A stretch of DNA of 64,000 nucleotides, taken from assembly GCA_050124795.1 (NCBI GenBank), contig JASFEO010000001.1:43703-107702 (forward strand), given 5' to 3'. The DNA is from Candidatus Pacearchaeota archaeon. GTDB lineage: Archaea; Nanobdellota; Nanobdellia; Pacearchaeales; GW2011-AR1. Below, piece by piece: positions 1 to 9,284 of the stretch; the stretch's first letter is position 1; each line of letters opens with the position of its first letter. The position numbers were made by a program, and so were the translations under genes. Below the pieces are notes generated by a model that was not told the origin of the DNA, did no database searches, and saw only the letters and a list, made by a program, of their open reading frames with translations.

Positions 1-34
1 AGAACTGAACTTTTTCTTTGATTAAAATTTGAAG

Positions 35-526
35 TCATTTTAACTCTTCTTCTAATTCTTCATAAGAAATATATTTCAAATTAATTTTTCTCACAGCATC
101 TTTTGGCAACTCTCCTGAAACAAGTTCCTTTATTATATAAACTATCTTTGGACGAAACCATTTTGAGTAAGCAATTTCAACCAAAACCCCTTCCGCATAA
201 CCCAAACAAATCAACAAGTCAGTTTCTTCATTTAATCTCTCAGGCTGATTTCTCCAGGTTTTGCAATTAATATTTTTTCCGATCTCTTGATTAACCCAAT
301 CAAATCCAAACTCTTTATCGTCGAGTGGAATTATTGAATAAACTTTTTTCCCTTTATTTTCAATATAACTTTTTGCAAAAAATTCAGACACACTTCCTTT
401 ATCAGGAGTTAAAACAATTTCACATTCAGAAACTTTCTTTGAAATTTCTGAAACTATTCTCTTAGCGTCTTTATTTATTTCTTCAGGAGAAGAAAAACTT
501 GTTGGTCCAATTATTCCGATTTTCAT
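35..526 (-). CDS. SLOG/LOG-like Rossmann-fold nucleotide-binding protein
   Basis: N-terminal KIGIIG strand, later DLLICLG..EGVLVEIAY pattern resembling LOG/DprA-like (SLOG) proteins; overlaps the upstream MBL gene by ATGA. Confidence 0.55.
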   Translation of the reverse strand: MKIGIIGPTSFSSPEEINKDAKRIVSEISKKVSECEIVLTPDKGSVSEFFAKSYIENKGKKVYSIIPLDDKEFGFDWVNQEIGKNINCKTWRNQPERLNEETDLLICLGYAEGVLVEIAYSKWFRPKIVYIIKELVSGELPKDAVRKINLKYISYEELEEELK

Positions 527-1188
527 TCTTTCTCCAAAATTTCACATTTAATTTTATCTTCTTCGCAAAGTTCACAAAACTCTTTTGCATCATCAATACT
601 TCCGACAATACTTCCATAATGCATTGGAATCGCTAATGTAGGTTTAATTAATTTTACCGCTTCATGCGCTTCTTCTGCAGACATTGTAAATCTCCCCCCA
701 ACAGGTAAAAGCGCAACAAACTCTTTTCCTTCTTTTTTATGACCAGTAAGTTTTTGCATTTCAGGAATTTTGTCAGTATCTCCTGCATGGTAAATTAAAA
801 CATCATGTATCTTAATTAAATATCCCACCCATGACTCATCTTTTGAATGAAATGGTTTGTCAATGTTATAAGCTGCAAGAGCTGAAATTTTAACATCCCC
901 ATAGTTTAATTCATCTTCTTTTTCAATAATTTCTATTTTTATTGGAATACTAAATCTTGTGATTTTGCTCTGGCAACCAGCAGGTGCAACAATCCGAGTT
1001 CCATCTCTAACAATTTTTTGCAAATCAGCCACACTGCAATGATCATAATGACTATGCGTCAATAAAATCAAATCTGCTTTTGGCAAATTTTCTGTTATAT
1101 TATACGGGTCAATATAAATCACCTTTGAATTTAAAATTAAAAAACCAGAATGACCAAGCCACTTAAGTTCAACATCATTAATTTTCAT
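523..1188 (-). CDS. Metallo-beta-lactamase fold hydrolase (UlaG-like)
   Basis: WLGHSGF, IYIDPY, THSHYDH metal motif, YHAGDT, IPMHYG. Confidence 0.9.
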   Translation of the reverse strand: MKINDVELKWLGHSGFLILNSKVIYIDPYNITENLPKADLILLTHSHYDHCSVADLQKIVRDGTRIVAPAGCQSKITRFSIPIKIEIIEKEDELNYGDVKISALAAYNIDKPFHSKDESWVGYLIKIHDVLIYHAGDTDKIPEMQKLTGHKKEGKEFVALLPVGGRFTMSAEEAHEAVKLIKPTLAIPMHYGSIVGSIDDAKEFCELCEEDKIKCEILEKE

Positions 1189-1212
1189 AAAAATAAAAAC
1201 ATGAATTAGTTT

Positions 1213-1726
1213 TTAAAAATTTCCTTCTGGAAACTTTTTCCAACTCTCAACTTTGCCGCCTTTCTTTAATTTCTTATCTAATATTAAAAGCTCTTCATAA
1301 ATTCCCTCAATAAGGTCATAATTTTTTGCTTCGTCAATTGTCACCCATTCGTAATCAGTCAAAGCATTGCATAATTTTACTTCCTTGTTTTCTGTTTCTG
1401 CCCACAAACTAATAATCAGCGACGGAACATTGTCAGACCGAACATAAACCAAACTTGTTACATAATCAAGATTATCAACTGAAATTCCAACCTCCTCTTT
1501 AACTTCTTTTTTTTGCTAAGTCTTCCAAAACATTATACCAATGAACTTTTGTATCTTTTTCCCTTAATGCATAATCCAAGACTTCTAGTTTTCCACCAGG
1601 CACAGTCCATTTATTTGGAAAAGCTTTTTCCCAACTCGCGCGTTTGCAAATTAAAAACTTGTTTTCTTTATCTGCTAAAATCACAGTTGCAGTAACATAA
1701 TGAACCTGATTTTTGTCATATTTCAT
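1213..1726 (-). pseudogene. NUDIX hydrolase split by a one-base frameshift in an A8 run
   Basis: ORF 1499-1726 has WTVPGGKLE. Removing one base from the T8 run at 1507-1514 gives EDLAKKEVKEEVGI (second half of the Nudix box) and joins ORF 1213-1452. Confidence 0.75.
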
Positions 1727-1779
1727 AGAAAAAATCCATCACAATTATATTTAAATAGTTCCTCAAAACTTTTGAGTAA

Positions 1780-2382
1780 ATGGAAAGCGAGATACTAAAA
1801 GCATTTCTTTATAACGAGAAATTGAAATTTAACGAGATTGAGAAACTTGCTAAACTGCGCTCAAACAAACTTGCATATCATATTAAAAAACTTGAAGAAA
1901 AAGGAGTTTTACAAAAAGAAAAAGATTTTTACAAATTAAGCGAGGCTGCTGAAAAATTAATTCCTTACTTAAGTGATAAAAGATCAAGCCTATCTGTTGT
2001 TTTAATTGCATTAACTAAAGACAAAAAAGTATTTTTACATTCAAGAAAAAAACGTCCTTTCAAAAATAAATTATCCCTTCCTGGGGGAAGATTACTTTCC
2101 GGCGAAGAAATCAGCGATGCTGTAAAAAGAATGATGAAAGAAAAATTTAGCATAAATGCAAAACTCGAAAAAATAAATTCAATAACACTTGAGCATGTAA
2201 AAAATAAAGACAAAAAAATTCACTCATTCATTTTAATTCTCGTAACAGCCTCGACAAAAGAAAAAATAAAATATACTGAAATCAATAAAAACAAATCAAA
2301 AATTATTCCAAGTGATTATAAATTAATAAAAAGCGATTTGGACAAAGAAATTGAGATTATGACTTTTTTGACATCGGATTAA
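1780..2382 (+). CDS. wHTH-NUDIX fusion, putative transcriptional regulator
   Basis: ArsR-like HTH (KFNEIEK..SNKLAYHIKKLEEKG) followed by a degenerate Nudix box LPGGRLLSGEEISDAVKRMMKEK. Confidence 0.7.
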   Translation: MESEILKAFLYNEKLKFNEIEKLAKLRSNKLAYHIKKLEEKGVLQKEKDFYKLSEAAEKLIPYLSDKRSSLSVVLIALTKDKKVFLHSRKKRPFKNKLSLPGGRLLSGEEISDAVKRMMKEKFSINAKLEKINSITLEHVKNKDKKIHSFILILVTASTKEKIKYTEINKNKSKIIPSDYKLIKSDLDKEIEIMTFLTSD

Positions 2383-2424
2383 TTTTAAAGCAAATTTAAT
2401 AAACCCAATCTTCTTTCCTTTTTC

Positions 2425-3780
2425 ATGGTAAAAATCGGTCTGGAAATTCATGGTTATATTAATACAAAAGAAAAATTATTTTGTAGTTGCGACGCTATTC
2501 ACGGCGTAAAGCACACAAAACCAAACATAAATCTTTGCCCAGTGTGCACTGCGCAGCCTGGTTCAAAACCAAACTTGCCAAATAGTGAAGCAATAAAAAA
2601 AGCAATTCAAATTTCTTTAATTTTAGGTTGCAAAATAAATGAAGAATTAATTTGGCAGCGTAAACATTATGACTGGCCTGACTTGCCAAAAGGCTATCAA
2701 AACACTTTGTCCGGTCCGCACGCAATTCCCGTAGGTGAAAAGGGAAAATTCATGAACATAAAAATTACTGAAGCGCACTTGGAAGAAGACCCTGCTGCAT
2801 GGAACCCAAAAACAGGCGAGATAGACTACAATCGCTCAGGAAGCCCGTTAATAGAAATTGTAACTGAACCTGATTTTAAAGATTCTGAAACTGTGATAGA
2901 TTGGCTAAAACAATTAATCGCAACACTCAGTTACATAAAAGCAATTGACAAAAAGTCGGGAATAAAAGCAGATGTCAATGTTTCAATTGAAGGCGGAAAA
3001 AGAATTGAAATAAAAAATATTAATGGACTTAAAAAAATAAAATCTGCAATTGATTCAGAAATTGCAAGACAAAAAAAAGACTTGCCTCTGGAGCAGGAAA
3101 CAAGAATGTTTGATGAAGAAAAAAACATTACAATAAAAATGAGAAGTAAAGAAGATGCAGAAGATTATCGTTTTATTGCAGACCCTGATTTGCCGGCAAT
3201 AAAATTAGATAAAAAAAGAATTAAAAAATTAAAATCAAACCTTCCTGAAACGCCTGCAGAAAAACTAAAAAAAATAATTAAAAAACATAAAATAGAAAAA
3301 AAGTCTGCTGAAATTCTAACTAAAAAACTTGACATAGTTAAATTCTTTGAAGAAATCATAGAACGAGCAAATCAAAAATTAGCAATTCGCTGGGTGACTG
3401 AAGAACTGTTAAGTGTTTTAAATTATAATAAATTAGAACTTGAAGACCTTGAAATAATCCCAAATCATTTTATTGAACTACTTGATTTAATTGAGGAAAA
3501 CAAATTAACAGAATTAAAAGCAAAAGAAATTTTAAGAAGCTGGACAAAAAAATCAACTTCCCCAAAAAAAGAAATTAAAAAACATTCACAAATTTCAGAT
3601 AAAAAAGAAATTGAAAAATTAGCAAAAAAAATAATAAAGAAAAATCCTGAAGCAGTTAAAAATTATAAATCCGGAAAAAAACAATCAATTAATTTTCTCG
3701 TCGGGCAGGTAATGCGAGAAACAAAAAACAGAGCAGACTTTAAAATTGTAAAACAAGTTTTGGAAAAAGAATTAAAGTAG
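2425..3780 (+). CDS. gatB: Asp/Glu-tRNA amidotransferase subunit B
   Basis: IGLEIH, KLFC, RKHYDWPDLPKGYQ, HLEED, DYNRSGSPLIEIVTEPD, DYRFIADPDL, C-terminal YqeY-like NFLVGQVM. Confidence 0.97.
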   Translation: MVKIGLEIHGYINTKEKLFCSCDAIHGVKHTKPNINLCPVCTAQPGSKPNLPNSEAIKKAIQISLILGCKINEELIWQRKHYDWPDLPKGYQNTLSGPHAIPVGEKGKFMNIKITEAHLEEDPAAWNPKTGEIDYNRSGSPLIEIVTEPDFKDSETVIDWLKQLIATLSYIKAIDKKSGIKADVNVSIEGGKRIEIKNINGLKKIKSAIDSEIARQKKDLPLEQETRMFDEEKNITIKMRSKEDAEDYRFIADPDLPAIKLDKKRIKKLKSNLPETPAEKLKKIIKKHKIEKKSAEILTKKLDIVKFFEEIIERANQKLAIRWVTEELLSVLNYNKLELEDLEIIPNHFIELLDLIEENKLTELKAKEILRSWTKKSTSPKKEIKKHSQISDKKEIEKLAKKIIKKNPEAVKNYKSGKKQSINFLVGQVMRETKNRADFKIVKQVLEKELK

Positions 3781-3801
3781 AAATTTTGTTATACAAATTT
3801 T

Positions 3802-4323
3802 TTATTCACAATTTAAAATTTCTTTAGTTTTTGCATTAGTGCATGAAACAATTTGCTTTCTATTATTTTCAACTTGCCAGCGGGCAGGCACAATTTCAAC
3901 TGAATAAAGTATGCCAAAACTTGAATTGCTTAAATTAAAAATATTTATTTCATCAGGATCTCCTGGTTTAAATGAATTTTCAGTACCAATAAACTTAACC
4001 AAATTTCCAACAACATCCCCTGTATTAAATGATGACAACTCTTTTGTAGCGAGACTTTGGTCTGTTGAATTTGTCGCATAAATAAAATATCCCCCGACAT
4101 TGAATTTTCCATTATTTATTATAGTTAATTCCAAAATCTGGCTTGTGCAATTATATTCATAATCCTTTAAAAAAAGCGAAGTCTCATCAGGACATGAAGC
4201 AACCTCCCTTGGCACATAAGTTTTCATCCATGAAAAAACCGTAACCCCGATTATAATCGCAAAAGTTATCAATAAAACATATCCAATCATCGGGCTAATT
4301 CCTTTTTTATTTTTCATTCTCAT
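3802..4323 (-). CDS. Archaeal type IV pilin/archaellin-like protein
   Basis: Class III signal peptide KKG|ISPMIGYVLLITFAIIIG. Confidence 0.8.
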   Translation of the reverse strand: MRMKNKKGISPMIGYVLLITFAIIIGVTVFSWMKTYVPREVASCPDETSLFLKDYEYNCTSQILELTIINNGKFNVGGYFIYATNSTDQSLATKELSSFNTGDVVGNLVKFIGTENSFKPGDPDEINIFNLSNSSFGILYSVEIVPARWQVENNRKQIVSCTNAKTKEILNCE

Positions 4324-4333
4324 TTTTCATTCC

Positions 4334-4888
4334 CTATCCATATATAACATATTTTTGTCCCTCAATAACCTGCGAAAGTATAAAATAAAAATTCTCCCCT
4401 GGATTCAATTCAAAACCAAACTCATTAATTTCATCCCCGTAGTGAATCTTTATTGAAATAGTTTCTATATCAAGCGCCCCCTCTTCAAATCCCTGATACT
4501 CCACCTGCTGCTTTCTTATTTCAAGCGGGCTATATTCTCCCTCATTAATTCCAACATCCACAAGCACTGTTTCATTTAATTGCTGGTAACCCATAAAAGT
4601 TATATTCTGCGCATTTCCAAAAATAAAATAAAGTTCCTGCAAATTCCCAATCTTTGAATATTCCTCAATAAACCCATCTAATAAATTCTCCATTTGCTCT
4701 ATTCCAATATTTTCATTATAAATACCATAACTCAAAACCTGCGCACTCTCAATTTCAAGTTCCTGACCAATGTCATACGCACGGGTATATTCCTGTGTTC
4801 GCGAATAATTTGATACAGCAGCAAAACCAATAATCAAGACAATAATCACAAGTGCTGCCATAAGATAAAACTGCCCTCTTTTTTCCAT
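4334..4888 (-). CDS. Class III signal peptide protein (minor pilin-like)
   Basis: MEKRG|QFYLMAALVIIVLII: basic N-terminus, G|Q cleavage site, hydrophobic helix. Confidence 0.65.
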   Translation of the reverse strand: MEKRGQFYLMAALVIIVLIIGFAAVSNYSRTQEYTRAYDIGQELEIESAQVLSYGIYNENIGIEQMENLLDGFIEEYSKIGNLQELYFIFGNAQNITFMGYQQLNETVLVDVGINEGEYSPLEIRKQQVEYQGFEEGALDIETISIKIHYGDEINEFGFELNPGENFYFILSQVIEGQKYVIYG

Positions 4889-4927
4889 AATAAAAATTAA
4901 TCAAAATAAGTTTATATAAGTTATTGT

Positions 4928-5260
4928 TTACTTTGAAAATCTCCTGCTTACAATTTCCAGTGCTTTTCTTTTCGGGCGCTCCTCATAATCATCGCAATCA
5001 TTTTCATCTAAAATATCCGCAAGTTCAATTTGCTTTTTTAATTTCTCCAGATTCTCTGAATCAGTATTATTAAGATTATATTCTATTGTTATGCTTGTGT
5101 GGGAAAAAGGTCTTCTTGAAACCACTTTTGATTCAGCAAGTTTTTGCCTCGGATTTGACTCTTTGCTCCAGACATGCCCGCCATATAATTCATATTTATC
5201 TGGATATTTTTCAACAACACTAATATATCCAATTCCATTATTAGTATCTAATGTCCACAT
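4928..5260 (-). CDS. Hypothetical protein
   Basis: 110-aa ORF filling the gap, no recognised motif. Confidence 0.5.
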   Translation of the reverse strand: MWTLDTNNGIGYISVVEKYPDKYELYGGHVWSKESNPRQKLAESKVVSRRPFSHTSITIEYNLNNTDSENLEKLKKQIELADILDENDCDDYEERPKRKALEIVSRRFSK

Positions 5261-5314
5261 AAAAAATATAATCTTTTTGTGTTTATATTAATTATCATTC
5301 TGTAGAATATATTT

Positions 5315-6142
5315 TTAATTGTCAAAATCTATTTGTTGATTCCCAATGATCCTGGAATAGATGCTTATCCCCGCGTGTATTGAGCCAAAAAAATATGGAG
5401 ATAAAATCCCTGTTCTTTTTTCTTCCGAGGGTTTTCTTTCAATACTCAATCCTTTCTTAAGTGATTTCCTGACTGTATCTGAATTTGTTAAATCTAGTAG
5501 GGGGATCATCATCCAATTTCTTCCCAATTCAAACAATGAATGATTATCATCAGAAATTATTGAGCCAAGGTTTGGATAAATTTTCTTCCACTCCTTATAA
5601 AATTCTTCTGCTTTTTTATTTGGAAAAAAAGGAAAACTTGGTGCCCAGAATCCAGCTAGATTATTATAAACTTCTACAAAATCCAATTGCCTGATTAATT
5701 CAGGATATTTTTCAAAATAATGCCCAGACCCATAAGGTGAAAAAGGATGGTCAATTCCAACAATTCCTTCTGCATCCTTTGCTTCTTTTATTGAGTCTTC
5801 AATAGTTCTCTCGTTTTTTATCCTTGTATTTTTGTCATGAGCCAAAACTAAAAGATGGCTTTCAATTCCTTCCTTTGTTCTCGCTAAAACTTCCTGACCA
5901 TTTATGCAAACTAAATTATCTTTCTCTGGGACATAAAAGCAATTCCCCAGATCAATTCTTTCATATCCTTCAGGAGATTCTGCAACTTGTTTATACCAAC
6001 CATTTCCAAAATGTATCTGTCCGAATATTCCTCCTGGACCGAGCCTTTTGTAGGCAGTATCTATGATTTTGTTAAATGGTTTTTTAACATTAAAACTAGT
6101 GAGATGCCCGTGCAATGTTGCTTTTACTTTTTGTTTTTCCAT
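5315..6142 (-). CDS. PHP-family metal-dependent phosphoesterase (divergent)
   Basis: LHGH, GQEV, HLLVL, DHPF, VEVYN and SDDNH match the order of PHP motifs. Confidence 0.7.
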   Translation of the reverse strand: MEKQKVKATLHGHLTSFNVKKPFNKIIDTAYKRLGPGGIFGQIHFGNGWYKQVAESPEGYERIDLGNCFYVPEKDNLVCINGQEVLARTKEGIESHLLVLAHDKNTRIKNERTIEDSIKEAKDAEGIVGIDHPFSPYGSGHYFEKYPELIRQLDFVEVYNNLAGFWAPSFPFFPNKKAEEFYKEWKKIYPNLGSIISDDNHSLFELGRNWMMIPLLDLTNSDTVRKSLKKGLSIERKPSEEKRTGILSPYFFGSIHAGISIYSRIIGNQQIDFDN

Positions 6143-6185
6143 TTTCTTAATTTTATCAGAACTCTTTTTCCTTTCAGGTTTTTTA

Positions 6186-6447
6186 TACAGACTCGGGAAG
6201 GTTGCTCAAAGCTCACATGCAGGCTACCTTTATTTTTTCTCAGCTCTGCGACCTGTTAAGCATCTGTGCAAATGTTTAGGGCTGCTACATTCCTGTCCTG
6301 ACCCGGTTCGCAATTGCAAGATCAAAACAGACAAAGCGTCAACGTCAAAATAAAGACCTTCAAACTCACTTGTCACGTCCTTCCTTGCAGTTTGCCATAA
6401 AGCCCGTTTGCAAATAGCGGAGGGCTAACCCGCCAACCTAGTCTGTA
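6186..6447 (-). ncRNA. ffs: Signal recognition particle (SRP) RNA
   Basis: Minus strand carries helix 8 GGGTCAGGACAGGAATGTAGCAGCCC (6279-6304). The ends pair (TACAGACT/AGTCTGTA). There are two Alu hairpins with complementary loops AGCCC/GGGCT and a TATA-like TTTTAAAA ~25 nt upstream. Confidence 0.93.
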
Positions 6448-6499
6448 AAAATATTAAAAATAATTAGTTTTTAAAACTATGTTTTTGAGAATTTTCAAA

Positions 6500-8932
6500 T
6501 CACTTTTTCTTTTTAATAACAGCGATTAACAAAAGAATTAATAAAATCAAAAGAAGCAAGAACATTAAAAGTAATCCATAACCTTGTTTTAGGAATTTTA
6601 CAAATGCGCTATCTTCAATTTCCTTTTCTTCTTCCTCCTCAATAAAATATCCTATTCCTGAAAAACCAGGAGTGACTGGTTCGAATATTTCCCTGTGTCC
6701 AATAATATTATTGCTTCCTCCACCTCCTCCGCCACCACCGCCGGAGTTTTTCTTTACGGTTATACTGATATTTGCCTCTGCATAATCATTATCCAAATCA
6801 TAAAGTCTTAATGTCAATTCTTCTGTGCCTTTTTCAATTCCTTTAATTGTAAGAACTTTCCTGTCGATTGCCGCATCAAAATAATCACTTTCTTCAATAA
6901 CTTCCCAGGTTAAATCATCTCCTGAATCTTCCAAATCATTTTCATAATCTTCCAAATCAATTGTTATCTCTTTATCAATATAAACAGATTCTTCATCATC
7001 CATGCCTTCTATCCAGGGCAAATTATTTCTTATGATTAAATTAACTTCGCTCTGACCTCCTGAACCATCTGTGAAATTAAATGCAAATGCAAATATGTTG
7101 CTGTCACCAAAAAAGTCATGCGTCAATGGAATTAAATTTAACTTGTAAAAATATTCTCCGTTTGAATTTTCAATTTCCCCTAAATCTGCTCTTCCCCCAG
7201 GAAGACTCACCAAAGTTGCTTTTGTTACCATGTCCTCAGCCGGCCCATTGTCTCCAATAACTTTAAATGAAACATAAAAACCTTCTCCTCTGTAAAAATC
7301 ATAATCTTCATTTAGAAATTCAGAATCATTAAAAACTTTCAAATCTTTAATTTCATATTTTTCTTCCAAAACTGAATAAGAAAACTTTGGATTTTTATCT
7401 AAGTCTGGGTTGGATCCATTCTTTGTTGCAATTGCATAGACAGTAAAATTCCCAACTGTTTCCTGAAGGTCCTTTACAGAGCAGCCTCCTGAAATTGAAT
7501 CTGTTGTGCACTTTCCAAATAAACTTCCGTCGTTATAATAAACTTTGACCTCTGAATCACTTGCCGGGTTTCCAAAAGAATTCTCAACATAAATACTGCA
7601 GCTTTGGTTATTGTTTTCAATCACATTTTCAAAACATGTTAAATCTGTAATCTCCAAGGTGTCTTTTTCTGTTCCAATGTTGACTGTCGCTGAATCACTA
7701 TCCCCGTCAGAATCTTCTACTGTGCATGCCGCTGTGTAACTTCCAAAATTTGTATAAGTATGACTTGGGTTTTGCAAATCTGAACTTTCACCGTCGCCAA
7801 AACTCCATGAATAAGATAAAGTTCCATCTCCTCCTGAAGCTTGGCAAGTAAAATCAACATCAAGTGGAACAACTCCTGAATCTGGTGTTGCAGAGATAGT
7901 TGTAATTGTCGGCTTCTTGTCTTCAATAACGTTTATTGAAACTGTTGCTGAATCCTCATCATTATCAGAATCTCTTACAGTGCATGCCGCTGTGTAACTT
8001 CCAAAATTTGTATAAGTATGACTTGGGTTTTGCAAATCTGAACTTTCACCGTCGCCAAAACTCCAATGATAAGAAAGTTGTCCATTTCCGCTACTTGCAG
8101 AACAAGAAAAACTAACTGTCAAAGGCTCCACTCCTGAACTTGGATTTGCAGAAACTGAATTTATTTCTGGATTTGTGTCCGGCTCATTAATATGAATATC
8201 CCCTGTTTTTAAATCAAAATTATAACTTAAACATTTTTCTTCATTATCAAGACTTGTGTAAACTCTGATAGTATAATCCCCCGGACTTAAAGTCCTTGAA
8301 AAACTAACTTGAGAATTTTCTGAAAAATCAATTGTCTTTTGTTTTATCTCTGTATAAATAATATCTTCATTTGAATTTTTGATTTCTAAATTAATATCAA
8401 CTTTTGTTGAATAATGATTTGTTAATTCCGCAGGTATTACTTTTAACGGACCTGCATTATCTATCGGCGAATCAACAACTGCATTAACATTAACTGTCTG
8501 CCCTGAAACTGAAACATCAAAATTATTAATTGTTGAAATGCATGATTGTTTTCTTGTTAAATAATCTGTATTTGTCAAAGTGCCAGTACCATCATATGTA
8601 ACTTTTCTTTCATAAGGAATGTAACCATTTTTATAAATATAAACTGCATAACCTTCTCCCTGTAAAGTTTCTGGGTATGTAAAGATGAGTGAACTTGAAC
8701 TTGTGCTTTTTCCCCATAATGTCTTTGAAAAACTAGTGCATGCAGAATCAGCGCATACAAATGCAATTGCATTAACTCCATTAACAGGGGTGTTTGTTTT
8801 GATAAGATTTTCATTTGAATCATAATAAGCATATTTGAAATTATTTTCCTCCGTTACTGTTGCATTAATTAATTGAAAAGAATTCACTAAAAGAATAATT
8901 CCAAAGATAAAAAAGAAATTAATCTTTTTCAT
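6500..8932 (-). CDS. PKD-domain cell-surface protein, C-terminally membrane anchored
   Basis: Signal peptide, two PKD repeats (WSFGDG..NPSHTY), Ig/cadherin-like region, poly-Gly linker, C-terminal TM plus KKKK. Confidence 0.85.
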   Translation of the reverse strand: MKKINFFFIFGIILLVNSFQLINATVTEENNFKYAYYDSNENLIKTNTPVNGVNAIAFVCADSACTSFSKTLWGKSTSSSSLIFTYPETLQGEGYAVYIYKNGYIPYERKVTYDGTGTLTNTDYLTRKQSCISTINNFDVSVSGQTVNVNAVVDSPIDNAGPLKVIPAELTNHYSTKVDINLEIKNSNEDIIYTEIKQKTIDFSENSQVSFSRTLSPGDYTIRVYTSLDNEEKCLSYNFDLKTGDIHINEPDTNPEINSVSANPSSGVEPLTVSFSCSASSGNGQLSYHWSFGDGESSDLQNPSHTYTNFGSYTAACTVRDSDNDEDSATVSINVIEDKKPTITTISATPDSGVVPLDVDFTCQASGGDGTLSYSWSFGDGESSDLQNPSHTYTNFGSYTAACTVEDSDGDSDSATVNIGTEKDTLEITDLTCFENVIENNNQSCSIYVENSFGNPASDSEVKVYYNDGSLFGKCTTDSISGGCSVKDLQETVGNFTVYAIATKNGSNPDLDKNPKFSYSVLEEKYEIKDLKVFNDSEFLNEDYDFYRGEGFYVSFKVIGDNGPAEDMVTKATLVSLPGGRADLGEIENSNGEYFYKLNLIPLTHDFFGDSNIFAFAFNFTDGSGGQSEVNLIIRNNLPWIEGMDDEESVYIDKEITIDLEDYENDLEDSGDDLTWEVIEESDYFDAAIDRKVLTIKGIEKGTEELTLRLYDLDNDYAEANISITVKKNSGGGGGGGGGSNNIIGHREIFEPVTPGFSGIGYFIEEEEEKEIEDSAFVKFLKQGYGLLLMFLLLLILLILLLIAVIKKKK
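7722..8065. repeat. 86-bp exact direct repeat (7722-7807 and 7980-8065) in the two PKD domains
   Basis: Base-by-base comparison shows identical copies 258 bp apart. Confidence 0.92.
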
Positions 8933-8934
8933 TA

Positions 8935-9234
8935 TTATTGTCCTCCAACCCCGTCTGATGAACCCCCGCCAACTCCTCCGCCATTATCATTTCCGCCGTC
9001 ATTGTTGCCATTATCATCCCCTTCTCCGTCATTGTCATTTCCATGATAAAGTTGATACTTTTCTATATTTCTTTCCCCGTGTCCGGGACTTCTATCCGGA
9101 AGATAATATCTTCGCGGGCATCCGCATCCTGTGATTATTGCTGCGCCGACTATTCCTGCTAAACCTGTGCATGCAATTTTTTTTATTGTAGAATAATTTC
9201 CCTTCACTGAGTTGTAAATATCTTTTATTGCCAT
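8935..9234 (-). CDS. Small putative lipoprotein with Gly/Asp/Asn-rich tail
   Basis: Hydrophobic stretch ending in lipobox-like ITGC; low-complexity acidic tail. Confidence 0.5.
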   Translation of the reverse strand: MAIKDIYNSVKGNYSTIKKIACTGLAGIVGAAIITGCGCPRRYYLPDRSPGHGERNIEKYQLYHGNDNDGEGDDNGNNDGGNDNGGGVGGGSSDGVGGQ

Positions 9235-9284
9235 TTTGTTGTAATTTTACAATTAAAACGCTTTATAAATATTTCTATTTCTTT

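Noticed and set aside
6063-6353. 96-aa plus-strand ORF
   Set aside because: Antisense to the SRP RNA and the PHP gene start; a shadow ORF
7722-8065. Possible DGR template/variable repeat pair
   Set aside because: The copies are identical with no adenine-specific mismatches, both are coding, and there is no reverse transcriptase in the window
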